From NCBI GenBank assembly GCA_965644295.1, contig CBFFRP010000041.1:124001-188000 (forward strand): a DNA stretch of 64,000 bases. The letters are read 5' to 3'. The DNA comes from Paraphysomonas bandaiensis (lineage: Eukaryota > Protista > Chrysophyceae). The notes below the pieces were generated by a model. That model saw nothing but the letters and a program-made list of their open reading frames with translations. It was not told where the DNA came from and ran no database searches. The translations under genes and the position numbers were made by a program. This document shows positions 36,133-49,573 of the stretch, piece after piece; the first letter of the stretch is position 1; each line of letters opens with the position of its first letter.

Positions 36133-37619
36133 TGTACACTCCTGTGGTGTTAGTGATGTATGGTTACGGTTAATCTGTTGGATCAACTATCGTTAAGTGA
36201 TACACGGCACTGCTCTACTGTATACTATAGAGAAGTATATAGAACCCTCTCCAATAGTAGTGTTGTGATATAGCTAGCTAGTCATGAACACACGTCGTAG
36301 TGTTGTGATGTTCTGATTCTAGATATGGAGAAAATCATGTGGATCTTTAACAGATACTTCGTAGGAATCATTTTTTCAGTTTGTGATATATTTGGATTTC
36401 CTACATCATCACTCACATATACATGTAGCTACAGTACCAGTATACTATGATAGGGTGAGTAGACCAAAAAAGCGCTGGATTTACCCAAATTCTCTGGATT
36501 TCGTACCAAATACAGTGGATTTTTATCCACTGAATGATCCGAACGGGCCCTTGAAATGGTACGTAGTATAGCATATACATGTATATACAGCGGTATTGTA
36601 CTGTAGTATATATAGATGTCAGAGTGTGTATGTATATGTATGTGTGTGGACTGCACCGTATATACCGTATTCTGGACTGTATTTCACATGAAATAGTATA
36701 CTTATATATGTACTGCTGTACATGTTTATGCTATGGGTTTTTCATACATTAGACATACAGCAGTACATCCTATACAGCAGTACAGCAGTACCAGTACCAG
36801 TACCTATAGTGTACTGCCGTATGGAGATGTAGACTATAGACTATGGTACGAGTAGTATGCATCATGGTGCAGCAGTATCCATATCTATCTATCTATCTAT
36901 CTACCTCATAATAAACATTCCTTCTCCACCCTATACCCCTATGTTTCACTCTCTATCCCGTATCCTCCACTCATACCCATACCAATCAGTGTCATTTGTG
37001 TTGACGCCTTTAGACCTTGACGAATAAACAGGCATCCAGATATGGGCCGCCCCACATCAAGGGCATCCGGGACAGGGGCCACCTGAAGGGTAACCAGGAT
37101 ATTGCACAGCGTAACTACTCACTGCGTGCGGCTTTCTAGTGAGTGCTGCCGAGTGCTGCGATCGCGCACCTCTACCTATGTACACATCGCTCAGTTCAGC
37201 GCTTCCCCACCCGGGTTCTCACTGCATATACAGGGCTGAATACCGTGTGATAATGATGTAGCTAGTTGGGTTCAGTAGGTAGCTAGCAAATAACGTATGG
37301 GACTTAAATCAAGTATTAGTTAGGTACCCACCCGACCCCCACCCGGCTCTACCTAAGTACGCGCTCAGAATGGGGCACTTACAAACTAGGGGGTTACACT
37401 TTTTTTCATGTTTTGAGTTTGTAATAATCGAAAAGTCGATTTCACCACACGGATTTTCCTGCTCATCCATTTACTAATCCAACCTGCGTTTCATTACCTT
37501 GTCTAGAATTGCACGTCACATGTAGTTTTATGAATTACGTTGAATAATGAAAGTTTTATAAGATTATGTATTGCTGTACTTGAATCTAATATCTAGTACC
37601 ACACAAAGCTAAGTTCATG

Positions 37620-38780
37620 TAGTGTACCTAACTCCTGTTTGTTGATGGATAGTGATAGTATGTAGAGCTGGCGGAGTCGCCTACATTGGGGTTCGCGTGT
37701 GTGGGGAAGTGAAAGTGTTAGAAAAGTAGGAGATGTGTTTCTCGCCTAGCTGTGATTCTCTGCTGAGGTATCTGGGGCGGGGTTGGGCACACAGACTTCC
37801 TTCCAGAGAACGTAATAGTACGCAGCAAATCCGGAAACGGAAGTTGCTGGTCATCCGACTTCTATAGGAGTAACAAGACGGCCTGTGCCCTATACCCAAC
37901 CCCGCCCAAGGTCTACAACTCCCTCCACAATTCCACCTCCAACTACCACCACACACAACTTATAATTTCCTCTACTTCTAACCCGATGGTGTCTCAGCAG
38001 AGAATCACAGCTAGGAATAAGACCACTGCCCCTCTACACTTCTAGCACTTTCACGCCCCACACATGCAAGCCCCAACGTAGACAACTCCACCAGCTCTAT
38101 TTACATCTAACTACTACACTGCAGTCAGTGGTGCCCCAAGAACACAGATTCCACCCCTCTGTCTTGCATCATATCACGTTCCCTCGTACCACTATCCTCC
38201 CACCTACATAACTTTGATCATCTTTTAAACGTCGCGGACCCCTCTACCCTCAAGGGCATCCTCTGATTAACCGCATCTAATGAAACTGAAGGACTACACG
38301 TCCGTGGGCAGCTCTCACATATAATTGGGCTGCCTGCTAAAGTCAAGCATCCGGGATATTCACCTCAAGGACTCACAATCCTGAAGTCAGCAGATGTCAG
38401 TGATATCAACATTCTGCTTGCTCACTGCGTTTGCTTTGAGCGATAGAGCATAAGTGGTTGCACATTCGTACTTGCAGTGACGCACAAGCAGCTTTCGTGG
38501 CGATAAAGAGTAGTAGGATATCAGAGTTAAGCACTGGGTAGTTAAATTGCGATGCTATATTAGTTCTGACTCTTACGCGCCTATTGCAAGTATAAGACAT
38601 TCACTATCCGGGGGAATTATAGATTGTGTGGCGATAGTTGTAGATATAGTTGTGGATTGTAGAGGGAACTGTTGACCTGGGGCGGGGTTGGGCACAGATC
38701 GTCTCATAACTCCTACAAGTCAGAGGGCCCGCGGTTGTCTTTGCCGGTTTCGCTGCTTACGTGTTCTGGGAGGAATTCTG
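37620..38780. repeat. Cluster of LINE-like repeat fragments in both orientations (plus-strand copy ends ~38605)
   Basis: 37663-37767 is inverted relative to 37993-38099 (23-bp perfect core). 38620-38780 is inverted relative to 37790-37960. 38116-38605 is homologous to 32822-33165. Confidence 0.75.
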
Positions 38781-39319
38781 GAGGAAGCAGTGTATTCGTA
38801 TCACAGTATCACTGGAACGGATACAACTAACCCATAAAACAGGATTATTCTTAGCAAAAGGACAAGTCGTGTATCATTATTTTATAGTAACAGTTCTATC
38901 TTTCGTACAAATTTATATGTATTTTAGTATACAAGGCACACATTTACCGTATTCAGGAAAGGCAAGATAACAATAAATGATGAGAGATGTTGCTCAAAAT
39001 TTCAATAATTGATTATTGAGTGTATTTAAAAGTTCAGTTGTTTGCTTAACCACCCTTCAAAATATCTATTTCGGATACTAAATATGTGGCTTATGTTTGT
39101 TTTATTATCCGTGTTCTTTATTTTCGTGTGGATATATGGACGTATACCCAACATCTTAAAACGTAAAACGTATTTCGACATATACTTAAATGAAATTACA
39201 CTACTAATATTCTTGCAAAAGAGCAGACCAATACTAAATCTTACTTCGGATGCAAAAAAGCCATGTTGAAAAGTGTATTTTTGTGCTTCTAGCAGTCACG
39301 TGTAACATATGGTCTAGTA

Positions 39320-41860
39320 TCATTCACCTTTTCCCGAAATTTCTTGACAGTATAATCCAGGAAGGGGTTTATCGAACATCCCAGAGGAGGAAATTGATGC
39401 AGCACTGCAACGTTTGCCCCGCAACCAGCATGCACAAAATCCATTCGCTCTAGGTAAACCTATGGAGTTTCTAGGAGTACCGCGGGAAGCAGTGTGAATT
39501 AAGCCGCGAGGACCATTCTTTCCAGGAATATACGGCCCACCCATTGTTGTATTAGTAGACGACTGTCGCGTCCTCTTTATCGGACGGTATCCGCTTAGCT
39601 GCCCCCGGGGAAAGGATACCCGTATACCTTTCCTATCTGCCCTTTCACCTCCTACCTCATCAGCACAGAATTTAATACTTCCTCCAACAACCACCATCTC
39701 CGGTTCCAAATCTCTTAGTAGTGAGATATCCTGTAGAACAGCGATATCTACCACAACGAAATCACCAGCAAAGCACTCCTTTAGTTGACCAAGGACATTT
39801 TCACAGTTGGCAGCGTACGCTGCGCCAACTGTATACGTCCATAACGCTTCAGCAAGGCTCAACTTCTCGCTGGGACGGAATACAAGCCCGTAACTTTCTC
39901 GCACCACATGTGGTGAGGCGTGCTCATTTTGGATCATATTACCTTCTCCGCTCGCTCGCTCAGTTCGGAACATGGCGTCATAAATTCCAGTAAAAGGAGA
40001 GCATGATTCGATGGGCGCATCGGAACCCCCAGCAACCCATACACCACTCTGCATGCAATATAATCAACCATGCAATATTACAATAGGGTCATTACCTGCA
40101 GAAGAGTCTTCCAGCAATAGGAGTTCTCGATCTGCGTTGTGGATAATCGCTCCATCACCCACCGCATATCAGTTGGGACAAACGACGGCTGTATGTTGGC
40201 AATCGCACCTATGGACTTCATACGTTGTATAAGATCTGGATTAAGGACTTGGCAGTGAGTCAGCACAGGACGCTCAGCGGGTAGCGCCCCAGCATTTTCC
40301 AAAGCTGTAAGGGCCTGCAAGATATGCTTGAAAACACACTTACGAATGGCACCAAACTACCTGCTCAGCAGCCATATCACCAATACAGTGTATTTCTAAT
40401 CGGTATCCACGTTGTCTCGAATCACGCACCATATCTGTAAGGGCTTCAGTCTTGTGCAACAGTATCCCACGATACTTGTCTACTTCTGGCTTATCTCCAC
40501 CAGCAAGTGCTGCGATTTCTTCTTCGACTTCCGCAGTGGCTTCATTGTCCTCATCCTGCATCTTCCATGATCAGTGCCGTGCAGAATACATTTGCTGTAA
40601 GTGACACCTAATACCTTTATCGCAGCGGTTTCTGCACCCAGGGATCCGTCCACAAAAAGTTTCACTCTTTCAACTGTGAGGAAACTGCTTGCACTCGTCA
40701 AATCTGTGGCTTCCGAAGAAGAAAGGAATAGGGAAGAATCCTGGGCCGACACGAGAGTATGTACTCCTGGTTTGATTATCCCTCGCGTCTGCACGACGCT
40801 CCCCTCTTCAGCTGACTCCTGATAGGAAGGGGTAAGAAATACACGGAGTGGCAAGTCGCCGGTTTCCATGAGAGTGGAATAGGCAGTGAGGGAATACTCA
40901 TCGTTCGTTTGTACAGCTGTCAACCCACGCCTGCCTTTATGATAAAATAAAGCTCGCAATCAATAAAATAGAACCTACCGAAGACAATTGTTAAGACCTT
41001 CTTCTATAAACCTCTTTTTGTCAGCCTCACTATGCTCACCCATTGCCTTTAGAACTACCTGTACTGCATTCTCACGCAAGACACCTGGCAGACACACATG
41101 ACACCAGCAAAAGCATACAAAGAACAGTGATACCAGTAGGTCCAGAGGCATCAACATCGATCTCTCCACCTGGGACATTGAACGTCGTATCAGAGATATT
41201 TATGTTCGCCCGACGTAGTGCAAGGGTGTTGGCTACTCCAATATGCCAGCACGCTCGCCACAGGAAAACCGGAGTTTCCGGACAGACACTATCTAGGTCA
41301 TACCTAGTCGGGTAGCGTGATAATAAGGACTGCAAGTAGTTCAAGTCAAGTATAGAGATAAACATATGTACATTGCGTGCCTGATCCCAGTTTATTCCTA
41401 TGATCCATGGAAGATCCGCATTCATTTCATGGTGAGATTTTAGGGATGCCTTGAGATCATCTATAGAGTTACAGGATGATAAATCTAAATAATGTGAATT
41501 CTCTCCACTGAGCATAACATGAATATGAGCATCAATGAGTCCTGGTAGAATGAGATGACCCCCTGCATCCACAACACTATCGAACAGCTTCTCATCAGGT
41601 GGATCACCAGATGATACGCATGATATCCTTCCACGATGATCAATAGACATCCACATGTTATGCTGTATAGTTGCTTTTATTTTCCTATGAGAGTTATCGT
41701 CTATTGATAAGCCGTCACTGATCCACTGCCACATGCAGCAGTTCGTTACCAGCATACAGCCTGTTAGTTTCGGTCTCTCGGAGACAGCTATCTCGTCGAT
41801 ATCTTCATCGGAATCCTCTGGAGATTTTCTTTTTTTACTTGGAGTGAATGTGTTTCCCAT
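39320..41860 (-). CDS. Amidohydrolase 3 (YtcJ-like) metal-dependent hydrolase, multi-exon
   Basis: PGLIDAHIH, WDQ...YPTR.DLD, RACWHIGVANT.AL, VKLFVDGSLGAETAA, HCIGD, THCQ, GGSDAPIE, YTVGAAYA, GDFVVVD. Confidence 0.9.
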
Positions 41861-42192
41861 ATCAATAAAGTATCTTATATATATATATATATGTGTATGT
41901 ATGTATGTGTTAAGTATGGAGCTATGCATAGATAGACCAGAGGCTGCACAGTGCGGTATATATAGAGCTAGGTGGGTTTAAAATCCATAGCTATAAGTTC
42001 GAAATCTGATAGTTTTTGCATAAAAAACACCTTTTATGTCAAATGCGAAATAAATATCCTTGATTTTTAACCATGAAAACTGGAGAATCATGAAAACTCA
42101 TGATTACAGCAGTGCAGGCTGTGATGGTGTAGTAGTAGCTGGAGGGACATGGCTGTGGTTAAAGTCTTGCCTATGCATACCCTCACACAGCC

Positions 42193-43425
42193 ATGCCGAA
42201 TACAGGTGGGCTATCGTTCTTACCCGATGAGGGACTCGTGTGGGAGTATATCGACAAATCCGAAAGCGAGTTTTTATATCAGGAAATATTTATAAATAAC
42301 TCCTATGTGCAACACGGAGTAACCGTCAGAGACGATTCAGTCATCGTGGATGCTGGGGCGAATATTGGAATATTCTCATTATATTGTTTGTCGAAAGCAA
42401 AAAACATTGAGCTGATATCTGTAGAGCCTATTCCCGTAGTGTTCAATGTCTTAAGGCGTAATCTTATGTCTTATCAGCAATCTAACCGGCTGCACTTGAT
42501 CAATGCTGCAATTGGGTGCACACGCGAGGATGAATGTCAGTATTACTATATTTCATCTGCTCCTGGTGAATCAACGAGGCATATAGATGAATGGAGAGCT
42601 CAAAAGGAAATACTCAAACACGCTGTGGAAGTGTCGTCTGACTATCGAGTGCAGGATGCTCTGGACTGCAACTCTGACTCCGAAGAAAGCTGTCACTCCG
42701 CTTCGGAACACAATGGAAGTACCGATTGCTGCTTAGCTACTAAACGACGGAGTGATGAGCAGGGTAGATCAGAAAATGAATTGAAGAGGTCGAGATACGA
42801 TCACTCTGTAGAACCGGCAGTAGAAATTTGCCGTTGTCCCGTGCGACCTCTTCGTGAAATATTGGTTGATGAAGTTGGCAGCGATTGGCATGTCGACCTT
42901 CTCAAGGTTCTTAAAGTGAATATAGCACTCGTAAAGTTGGTGTAATGGTCTTTTTCTGTTAGATAGATGTGGAGGGCGATGAACTGGATTTACTCGAAAG
43001 TTTGCTCATTGGCTCCTGCGAAACCTCCGAGTGTCAACAAACTGATATTCTTAGTGAACGTATTCGACAGATTGTTGCAGGTGAGTGCCGTATAAGAAGT
43101 TTTTTTATCACACTGCGCATGTTTCTTTCTCCTATTTATTTTGATGTCATATTCAGAAGTGCACGATACTTCTGTATTGGCTTCACATAGTGGTAAAGGT
43201 CGCTTAGCCCAAGTAGTCGAGTTTCTAGAGTTTCATGGATATTCTGTAACTACGGAGTTGCAGACGTCACAGGTTCGTATAATATTTTTTTCTTTCATAT
43301 GTTGTAAACGACGTGTATAGGAATGTGCCGACAGCGAATACTTTATGTTCATACCTCCCGAATTAAATCTGTATTATGTTTATGCTGTTTCTAGAAGTAG
43401 TAGTACTATGTGTGTGAAGTCATGA
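42193..43425 (+). CDS. FkbM-family SAM-dependent methyltransferase, multi-exon
   Basis: FLYQEIF...Y, IVDAGANIGIFS, VEPIP, VDLLK|IDVEGDE, IRQIVA-EVHD. Confidence 0.85.
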
Positions 43426-43694
43426 CCGCACATTTTAAGTTGTTAATATAGAAAATATGGTTCCATAATTGCTTTACGTGCCCGACATAGATCAAATTTT
43501 TCATTTACAAAGATTTGCGTCACGAGGAAGCCGCATCTCGTAAACTGTCGAAATTGAAACAATTGCCGGAAACAATAACGACGACAAATCAGGGCAAAAA
43601 TATATTTTCCCTTTTTTAGGAAGTATTTAAGTGTATGTAGTACTAGTATGTCTCGTATAGAATAATGTCGCAACCGTTGAATATATGAAATATA

Positions 43695-43875
43695 TGAGTG
43701 TCTTATATTTAGCAATAGGCGTCGATAATCAGAACCAGATAGGCAGCTAGATGTAAACTATTCAAGCTAGATAGACTTCTATCTGTAACTAACTAGTACA
43801 ATTGCTCATATCCTACTATATAACGCTATGAAAGCTGCTTGTGTGTCGCCGCAAGCACTAATGTGCGACCAATTT
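43695..43875 (-). repeat. Third, more diverged copy of the LINE-like 3' end
   Basis: GCAATAGGCG...ATATCCTACTA...GAAAGCTGCTTGTG.GTC.CCGCAAGCAC is shared with 32834-32970. Confidence 0.7.
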
Positions 43876-44018
43876 CGTCGACTTGAAGTTCTTAGAATTC
43901 ACGCAGTAACAAGTAGAAGTAACAACGTAATAGAGTTAGTTAGATGTACTACTATATAAATTTATTGTAATTACGACGCATTTTTGTCAGTTATTATGAT
44001 TACATTTTATTAATACTT

Positions 44019-45533
44019 TCATGTGGTCTTAACATTGTCTGGAAACTTATTACTATCAGCTAATGCGAGATTAGTCTCGTGCTCATCCATGACATCTTTA
44101 TAGTCGCTTGATTCATACCTGCAGAACAGCTCTGCAAATATATTCGGCAGTTTTCTATAGGGAGATACTCCTAAGTCTAATAATAGCATGTCAAGGTACT
44201 GCTGATATCGCGTCAATACCAAATATGATCGTGTCGGCTCAAACGCCATGTTGACCTTTTTCCAGTTGGATACTTGCTTCGAACTCTCCTCCATATCTTC
44301 AACCGATGGGAGCTTAAGATCCTCCCTCCATACAGCTGATAGCCAAAGCGCCCCAATCTCTACAGCATTCAAGTGCATATAACAATGATTGAAACCTATA
44401 AATCCTAAGCGAGGTATGCGGGGATGAAGAAGATGTCTGTATAGTTGTGCCCCACCCTCACGCTCCATTAACCAACGACACCTGTCAGGTAAGTAAGGAA
44501 AAGCTGGAGTTTGATTCCCGAGAGATAGCACGACCATGTCGCATTGAATTTCTTTGCCGGTGCGTAATCGTATTCCCGTTTCGGTGAATTCCGTTAGCTG
44601 GTCTTGAATAGGCTCAATGGCACCCGATGCCACTAAGGGGTAGTACTTACGAGGAAGTACTGCTACAACAAACTTCTTGTCATGCAGTAAAGGATCCTTT
44701 GGTATAGTCGCCTTGATTCTTTTGCGTCCTTCCGGGGATGTAAACAACCCGAACCATATTATATGAAGCTGAAGAAACCAACCTACAACAGTCCAAAATA
44801 TCCTCACTAAAGTAGTGTACTGATGAATAAACTTGGCTACTTCTCCTGGTTGCACCCATGATGTCATCATAAATGTACCCAGGCGACTGAACAAATAGTA
44901 TGAGAAATCTATACCAAGTAAGCGATCAGGAAGAGTCCATCGAGGCTGTCGAAACAAGTGGATAGTACGTTCGCTGCGTTCTGCAGACATCGACGCCATA
45001 TCTAACGCTGCTTTCCCAAAACCAACAACAACGACTTTTTTCCCAGCGAATTGATCTGGGGATTCAATTTCACGCTCGGTATAGATTTCACCAGAAAAGT
45101 TCTCTTCGCCAGGGATACTAGGACGATATATGCCATCTGTGTGTAGACCACTACATATTACAACATAATCATAAAAGTAAAGTCGTGTTTCAAATCTATT
45201 TCTGACACAGATGAGCCATCCATCAACGCGCTCCTCCATTGATATTACTTCATGTCTGAGCTTCACAGTAAGACCATAGAAGGCAATGGCTAAGTTCAAA
45301 TATTCTAACACTTCTCTCCCAGTAGGATGGCGGGATGGTTTCTCAGGCCATGGGAAATCACTGAAGCAGTACTGAGCTGCATGACTTTGTAAGTGTAGGT
45401 CCTGATAACCAACTGACCATACACCACCTATCCAATCGGACCTCTCGAATATAGTCACATCAAACCCACGTTGCTTGAAGACTTTAGCTGCCCCGATACC
45501 AGATACACCAGATCCAATGATGGCCACTCTCAT
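44019..45533 (-). CDS. Flavin-containing monooxygenase (class B FMO)
   Basis: IIGSGVSG FAD motif, GGVW, F.GEIY, VVGFGKAA NADPH motif. Intronless. Confidence 0.9.
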   Translation of the reverse strand: MRVAIIGSGVSGIGAAKVFKQRGFDVTIFERSDWIGGVWSVGYQDLHLQSHAAQYCFSDFPWPEKPSRHPTGREVLEYLNLAIAFYGLTVKLRHEVISMEERVDGWLICVRNRFETRLYFYDYVVICSGLHTDGIYRPSIPGEENFSGEIYTEREIESPDQFAGKKVVVVGFGKAALDMASMSAERSERTIHLFRQPRWTLPDRLLGIDFSYYLFSRLGTFMMTSWVQPGEVAKFIHQYTTLVRIFWTVVGWFLQLHIIWFGLFTSPEGRKRIKATIPKDPLLHDKKFVVAVLPRKYYPLVASGAIEPIQDQLTEFTETGIRLRTGKEIQCDMVVLSLGNQTPAFPYLPDRCRWLMEREGGAQLYRHLLHPRIPRLGFIGFNHCYMHLNAVEIGALWLSAVWREDLKLPSVEDMEESSKQVSNWKKVNMAFEPTRSYLVLTRYQQYLDMLLLDLGVSPYRKLPNIFAELFCRYESSDYKDVMDEHETNLALADSNKFPDNVKTT

Positions 45534-47056
45534 GATCGAGATAGAACAATGAATTATGCTACAATGGCTATGATGTATAGTGTATGTCTATCTATACATG
45601 TTGATAAGCTTATAATGGGCATCACCTCCAGCTTCAACCCCAGCTAGTTCAACATCAACATACACAACACAAATCATGTCTACATATCTACATACGTACC
45701 TACCTACCTACCTACCTACATACAGAGTACCTACCTACTGTACATACTACATACATAAGTACAGCTGTAGATACCACAAACATGCATATCCTCGTATCGG
45801 CATCCTTTGTGTATTTGTTCAAATATGCCTCTAATATTGAGACAACAATTATGTGTATTCCAGCCGTATTTATACTGCAGTTATATAGACGATTTCTGCT
45901 TCATTTTATTACCGAAAAAGAAGATGTTGACTGCCGATACGCTACACGGATATTTTTACGATTTACACAAAGATAATCAATCAATGCTATAACTTTGTTG
46001 GCTTGTGAGTGATAAGGATCTTTCGCAGCCAAAACATGACAGTACATAGCGTTATTACATGTTGTACTTAGCTACTATCCAGGCTTACTTGGAGACCGGT
46101 CTGCAATCGATTCCTTCCAGACTTTAAATCCTCACGAATACAAGCCTTATAGACGTACAAGTGGAAGTAATGAACAATCTAAGTGAGAAATATCATTGAA
46201 ACTATGGGACACTCTATGCAGGAATATCCCTATCAGTTGTCGTATCTACATATAGTCTGATACATTATCGAAACGAGCGGCTATAATTCAGTTTAATGCT
46301 TCATATCTTCTTCACAGTAATGACACAGCAAAGTAAGCTACCATATTCACACAATAACAGTACATTTATGTTACTGTTATATTACACATCTGAAGATAGA
46401 CCGAAGAAAAATATAACTATATTGTGGCTGACCATAATTTATGATTCTGTAAAGTTTGTTATGATTTACATTAAGGTCACTTCCATAACATATGTCTATT
46501 ACTTATGATTTAACATAAAATATATCCGGATTTGTGCATACATATTAAATGTCCTTTACATAAATAATTTTGGAATGTGCTATAGCTTTACTTTCTGTAG
46601 CGTTGCGTTTCACTTTTGTAGCACACTAGGTAATTGCTAGTAGCCCTAACCCATATGGTCAGCAAACTAAAACTAAGAAACTTGGTTTGTGCAATCAAAT
46701 TCTATTTGTATGGTTGTTCCTTCTTTAAATGTTCCTGAGTCTGATGTTGTATTACGTACTAACCAGTTAAAATATATCCTACTCAACCTAAAAATATATG
46801 TTTTACTGAGCTTGAGTTCAGTTTAAGTCACCAGTTTGAATCAATACTCTCTTATAATTTTGTAGTTGAAATTCCGGTGGAAGGGAAGGATTATTATTCT
46901 CACATCAAATTCTTGTAAGTTACTGCCTACCACTAAGTCCTCTGTAGGGGATATATAGTATATATTTAGAAATGGCACTCGTCACTCCTTATTAGGAATC
47001 AGGAAGAATGAATACTATCCGTTCCAAGTCTTAATTCGTGCAAACACATGCATATT

Positions 47057-48589
47057 TTACGTGCTCCCAAAGGGTCGCATTGCAATGTCACCATCGTCGA
47101 CTTGCATTCTAGCCTGTTTTATGCGACTCTCCTTCATCAAACGCATACGGGAATGCTCTGACAAAGATATACTAAGCTTTTTGTACTTAACCAAATTGAA
47201 TAAAATAATCTCAAATGTGGATATGTCGTACTCCGTCGGTCTGTCCATTTTCAACTCCACCATTTTCATTGAATACACATACTTCGAAACCACTCCCATC
47301 GCATCCGTAAAGCACACAACTGATATAAATCCACATACCAGCGCAATGACAATAGCACGAACAGCATAAGTAGTAGGGAAAAACTCGATGAAGTATATTG
47401 CGACAAAAGGAATAACAAACACCCGCCCAATGAATTCAGCAAGCCGAAATAGGAAAACCCGTAGCGGCCACTTATCTTGTTTTTGCATTAGCATATTTGT
47501 GGTTTGATGGACTAAGCATATTGCTACCAATGCAAAGAACATAAAAAAAGTAAAGTAATCCATCTTTGTCAGATAGCCTAGCATTGGTATGTTCGCAAAC
47601 ACCACAATATAAAGCGCAGATACAGAAAGTAGTAGCGTGATGGTGGTATCTGCCCGAGATTCTGGACAAGCCCAAAACGTGCAGCCCGCTAGCAATGTTA
47701 ACAGAACAATCGGACATACTAAGCGGAGTATAACCCCTGAGCTTTGCCGCGATACACTTATGTCAACTGTAGCCGTCGAAAAAGAACGCACTTCGGAGAA
47801 AACTGACTCAACTACAAAGGCGTTAAAGGACTCAAACTTCCAAATCGGGTTATTTTTGAAATTATCTGTTCCAGTAGAGGGATCGCCGTTCTTGACGAAC
47901 ATGACAGCAATATCATTAAACTCTATCTCAACGAATACTGTGGGAAAAGCGTAGCTCTCAAATCTTATTTCTATTATCTGCTTATCACTGGGATACTTCG
48001 AGTAATCAAAATATGGTTGAACTATTGTGAGAATTGTATGTCGCGACCACTGGAGTGTTCCATTGGGGTATATCCTCAGAGTTTGACCGATATAATCAAC
48101 AGACTGAGCATCCACAAAGTGAATGTCAGGTGTCCAAAGTTTATACATAAATTCTTCGTTATCAAAAATTAGACCAGAAATCTCAGCCCCTATTTAATTA
48201 AGCAATTACACTTGCAGACTGCGGACAAGTACGTTACCTTGAATAGATAGTTCAGGGTTTACTTGGTCCCATAATGTCGTAAGGGAAACTCTTGGATCCG
48301 ACCAAAACAATCTAAAGTAGAAGTCCACCTGAGCGGTTCCCTCAATTTCGTTAATAAAGTGGAGATTGTTCAGTATGATGTCCGCCTTCACAACTGTTCT
48401 ATTGTAGTCCTTATAGTAGCTAGGTGGAAGTATAGGATCTGCAATGACGCTCAAGCAGTGAGCCAATGTCTGAACTACAGACGGCTGATCATTTACAAAT
48501 ATTGTAGTCGAACAGTTTCCATCTCGGCTGTGTATATGGACCATGCAAAGCATCACCAGCAGCATATGGAGCGCAGCATATAACTTCAT
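47057..48589 (-). CDS. Pentameric ligand-gated ion channel subunit, Cys-less (Pro-loop) type
   Basis: Signal peptide, FRLFWSDPR, LWTPDIHF, YPSDKQ loop, four TM helices, IPMLGYLTKMD. Intron 48190-48237. Confidence 0.88.
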
Positions 48590-48988
48590 GACTGTATCTG
48601 AGTAAAACAAATACACTAATCTATTAGTCAAATGAAAATCCGACTCATCTGCGGTTGATGTGACTATCCGTAGAGCTCTGAGTGCTTAATATGATGATGG
48701 ATTCCATCATCTAGATCTGCCCAGCCCACGAACATATGTATGCATATATACAGCAGCAACGAATAAGACTACTGCATACGTGTATACGGTATGTAGACGG
48801 CCTCTACATTTCTAGCTGCTACAAAAATTCCTCCATATCATACCGTATACGGGCTACATGCCATACATACCTATAATGATATCATCCGCACCCCATCCGT
48901 TTATATAATAACGGTTAAAGGCGGAATAGTTGCTTTCACTATACATATATATTTACATATTAGTAATCCCTTTAACTTGCTAATCCCA

Positions 48989-49573
48989 ATGGCTTCAAAG
49001 AAGAATAGAAAGCAATCAGCATTGGCATCATCTGCCCAGGGATTACCTCCTCAGATAAATCGAATAAAAATTCTTTCAATGGGGTCTGGAGGTGCTGGGA
49101 AAAGTTGTTTAGTGAAACGGTACTGCGAGGAGCGGTTTATTTCTAAATATATAGCCACAATAGGAGTCGATTATGGTGTCAAGCCTGTTCAAGTGGATGG
49201 TATAAGCGTGAGGGTAAATTTTTGGGATCTCTCCGGACATCAAGAATTTTTCGAAATTAGGAATGAGTTTTACAAAGACGCCCAAGGAATTATTCTTGTG
49301 TATGATGTAACATCTCGAGAAAGTTTCGAAGAACTGGATTCATGGATAGCGGAAGCTGTAAAATTTGGGGCTAATGTAAGAAGTGTGCCTGTAGTTGTGT
49401 GCGCAAATAAAGTTGACAAGAGAAGGGTAGTAACCGAAGAGGAGGGCAGACAATATGCCGCTCTCAAAAATTTTGCATACTATGAAACATCTGCACACTC
49501 TGGCGCAAATGTAAATGAAGCTTTTGAGTTTTTGTTTCAATCTGTAGTTCGCAGTATTGGGTCGAGTACATGA
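48989..49573 (+). CDS. RJL: RJL-family Ras-like small GTPase
   Basis: GSGGAGKS, VKRYCEERF, WDLSGH..FFEIRNEFYKD, NKVD, ETSA. No J domain and no prenylation cysteines. Confidence 0.85.
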   Translation: MASKKNRKQSALASSAQGLPPQINRIKILSMGSGGAGKSCLVKRYCEERFISKYIATIGVDYGVKPVQVDGISVRVNFWDLSGHQEFFEIRNEFYKDAQGIILVYDVTSRESFEELDSWIAEAVKFGANVRSVPVVVCANKVDKRRVVTEEEGRQYAALKNFAYYETSAHSGANVNEAFEFLFQSVVRSIGSST

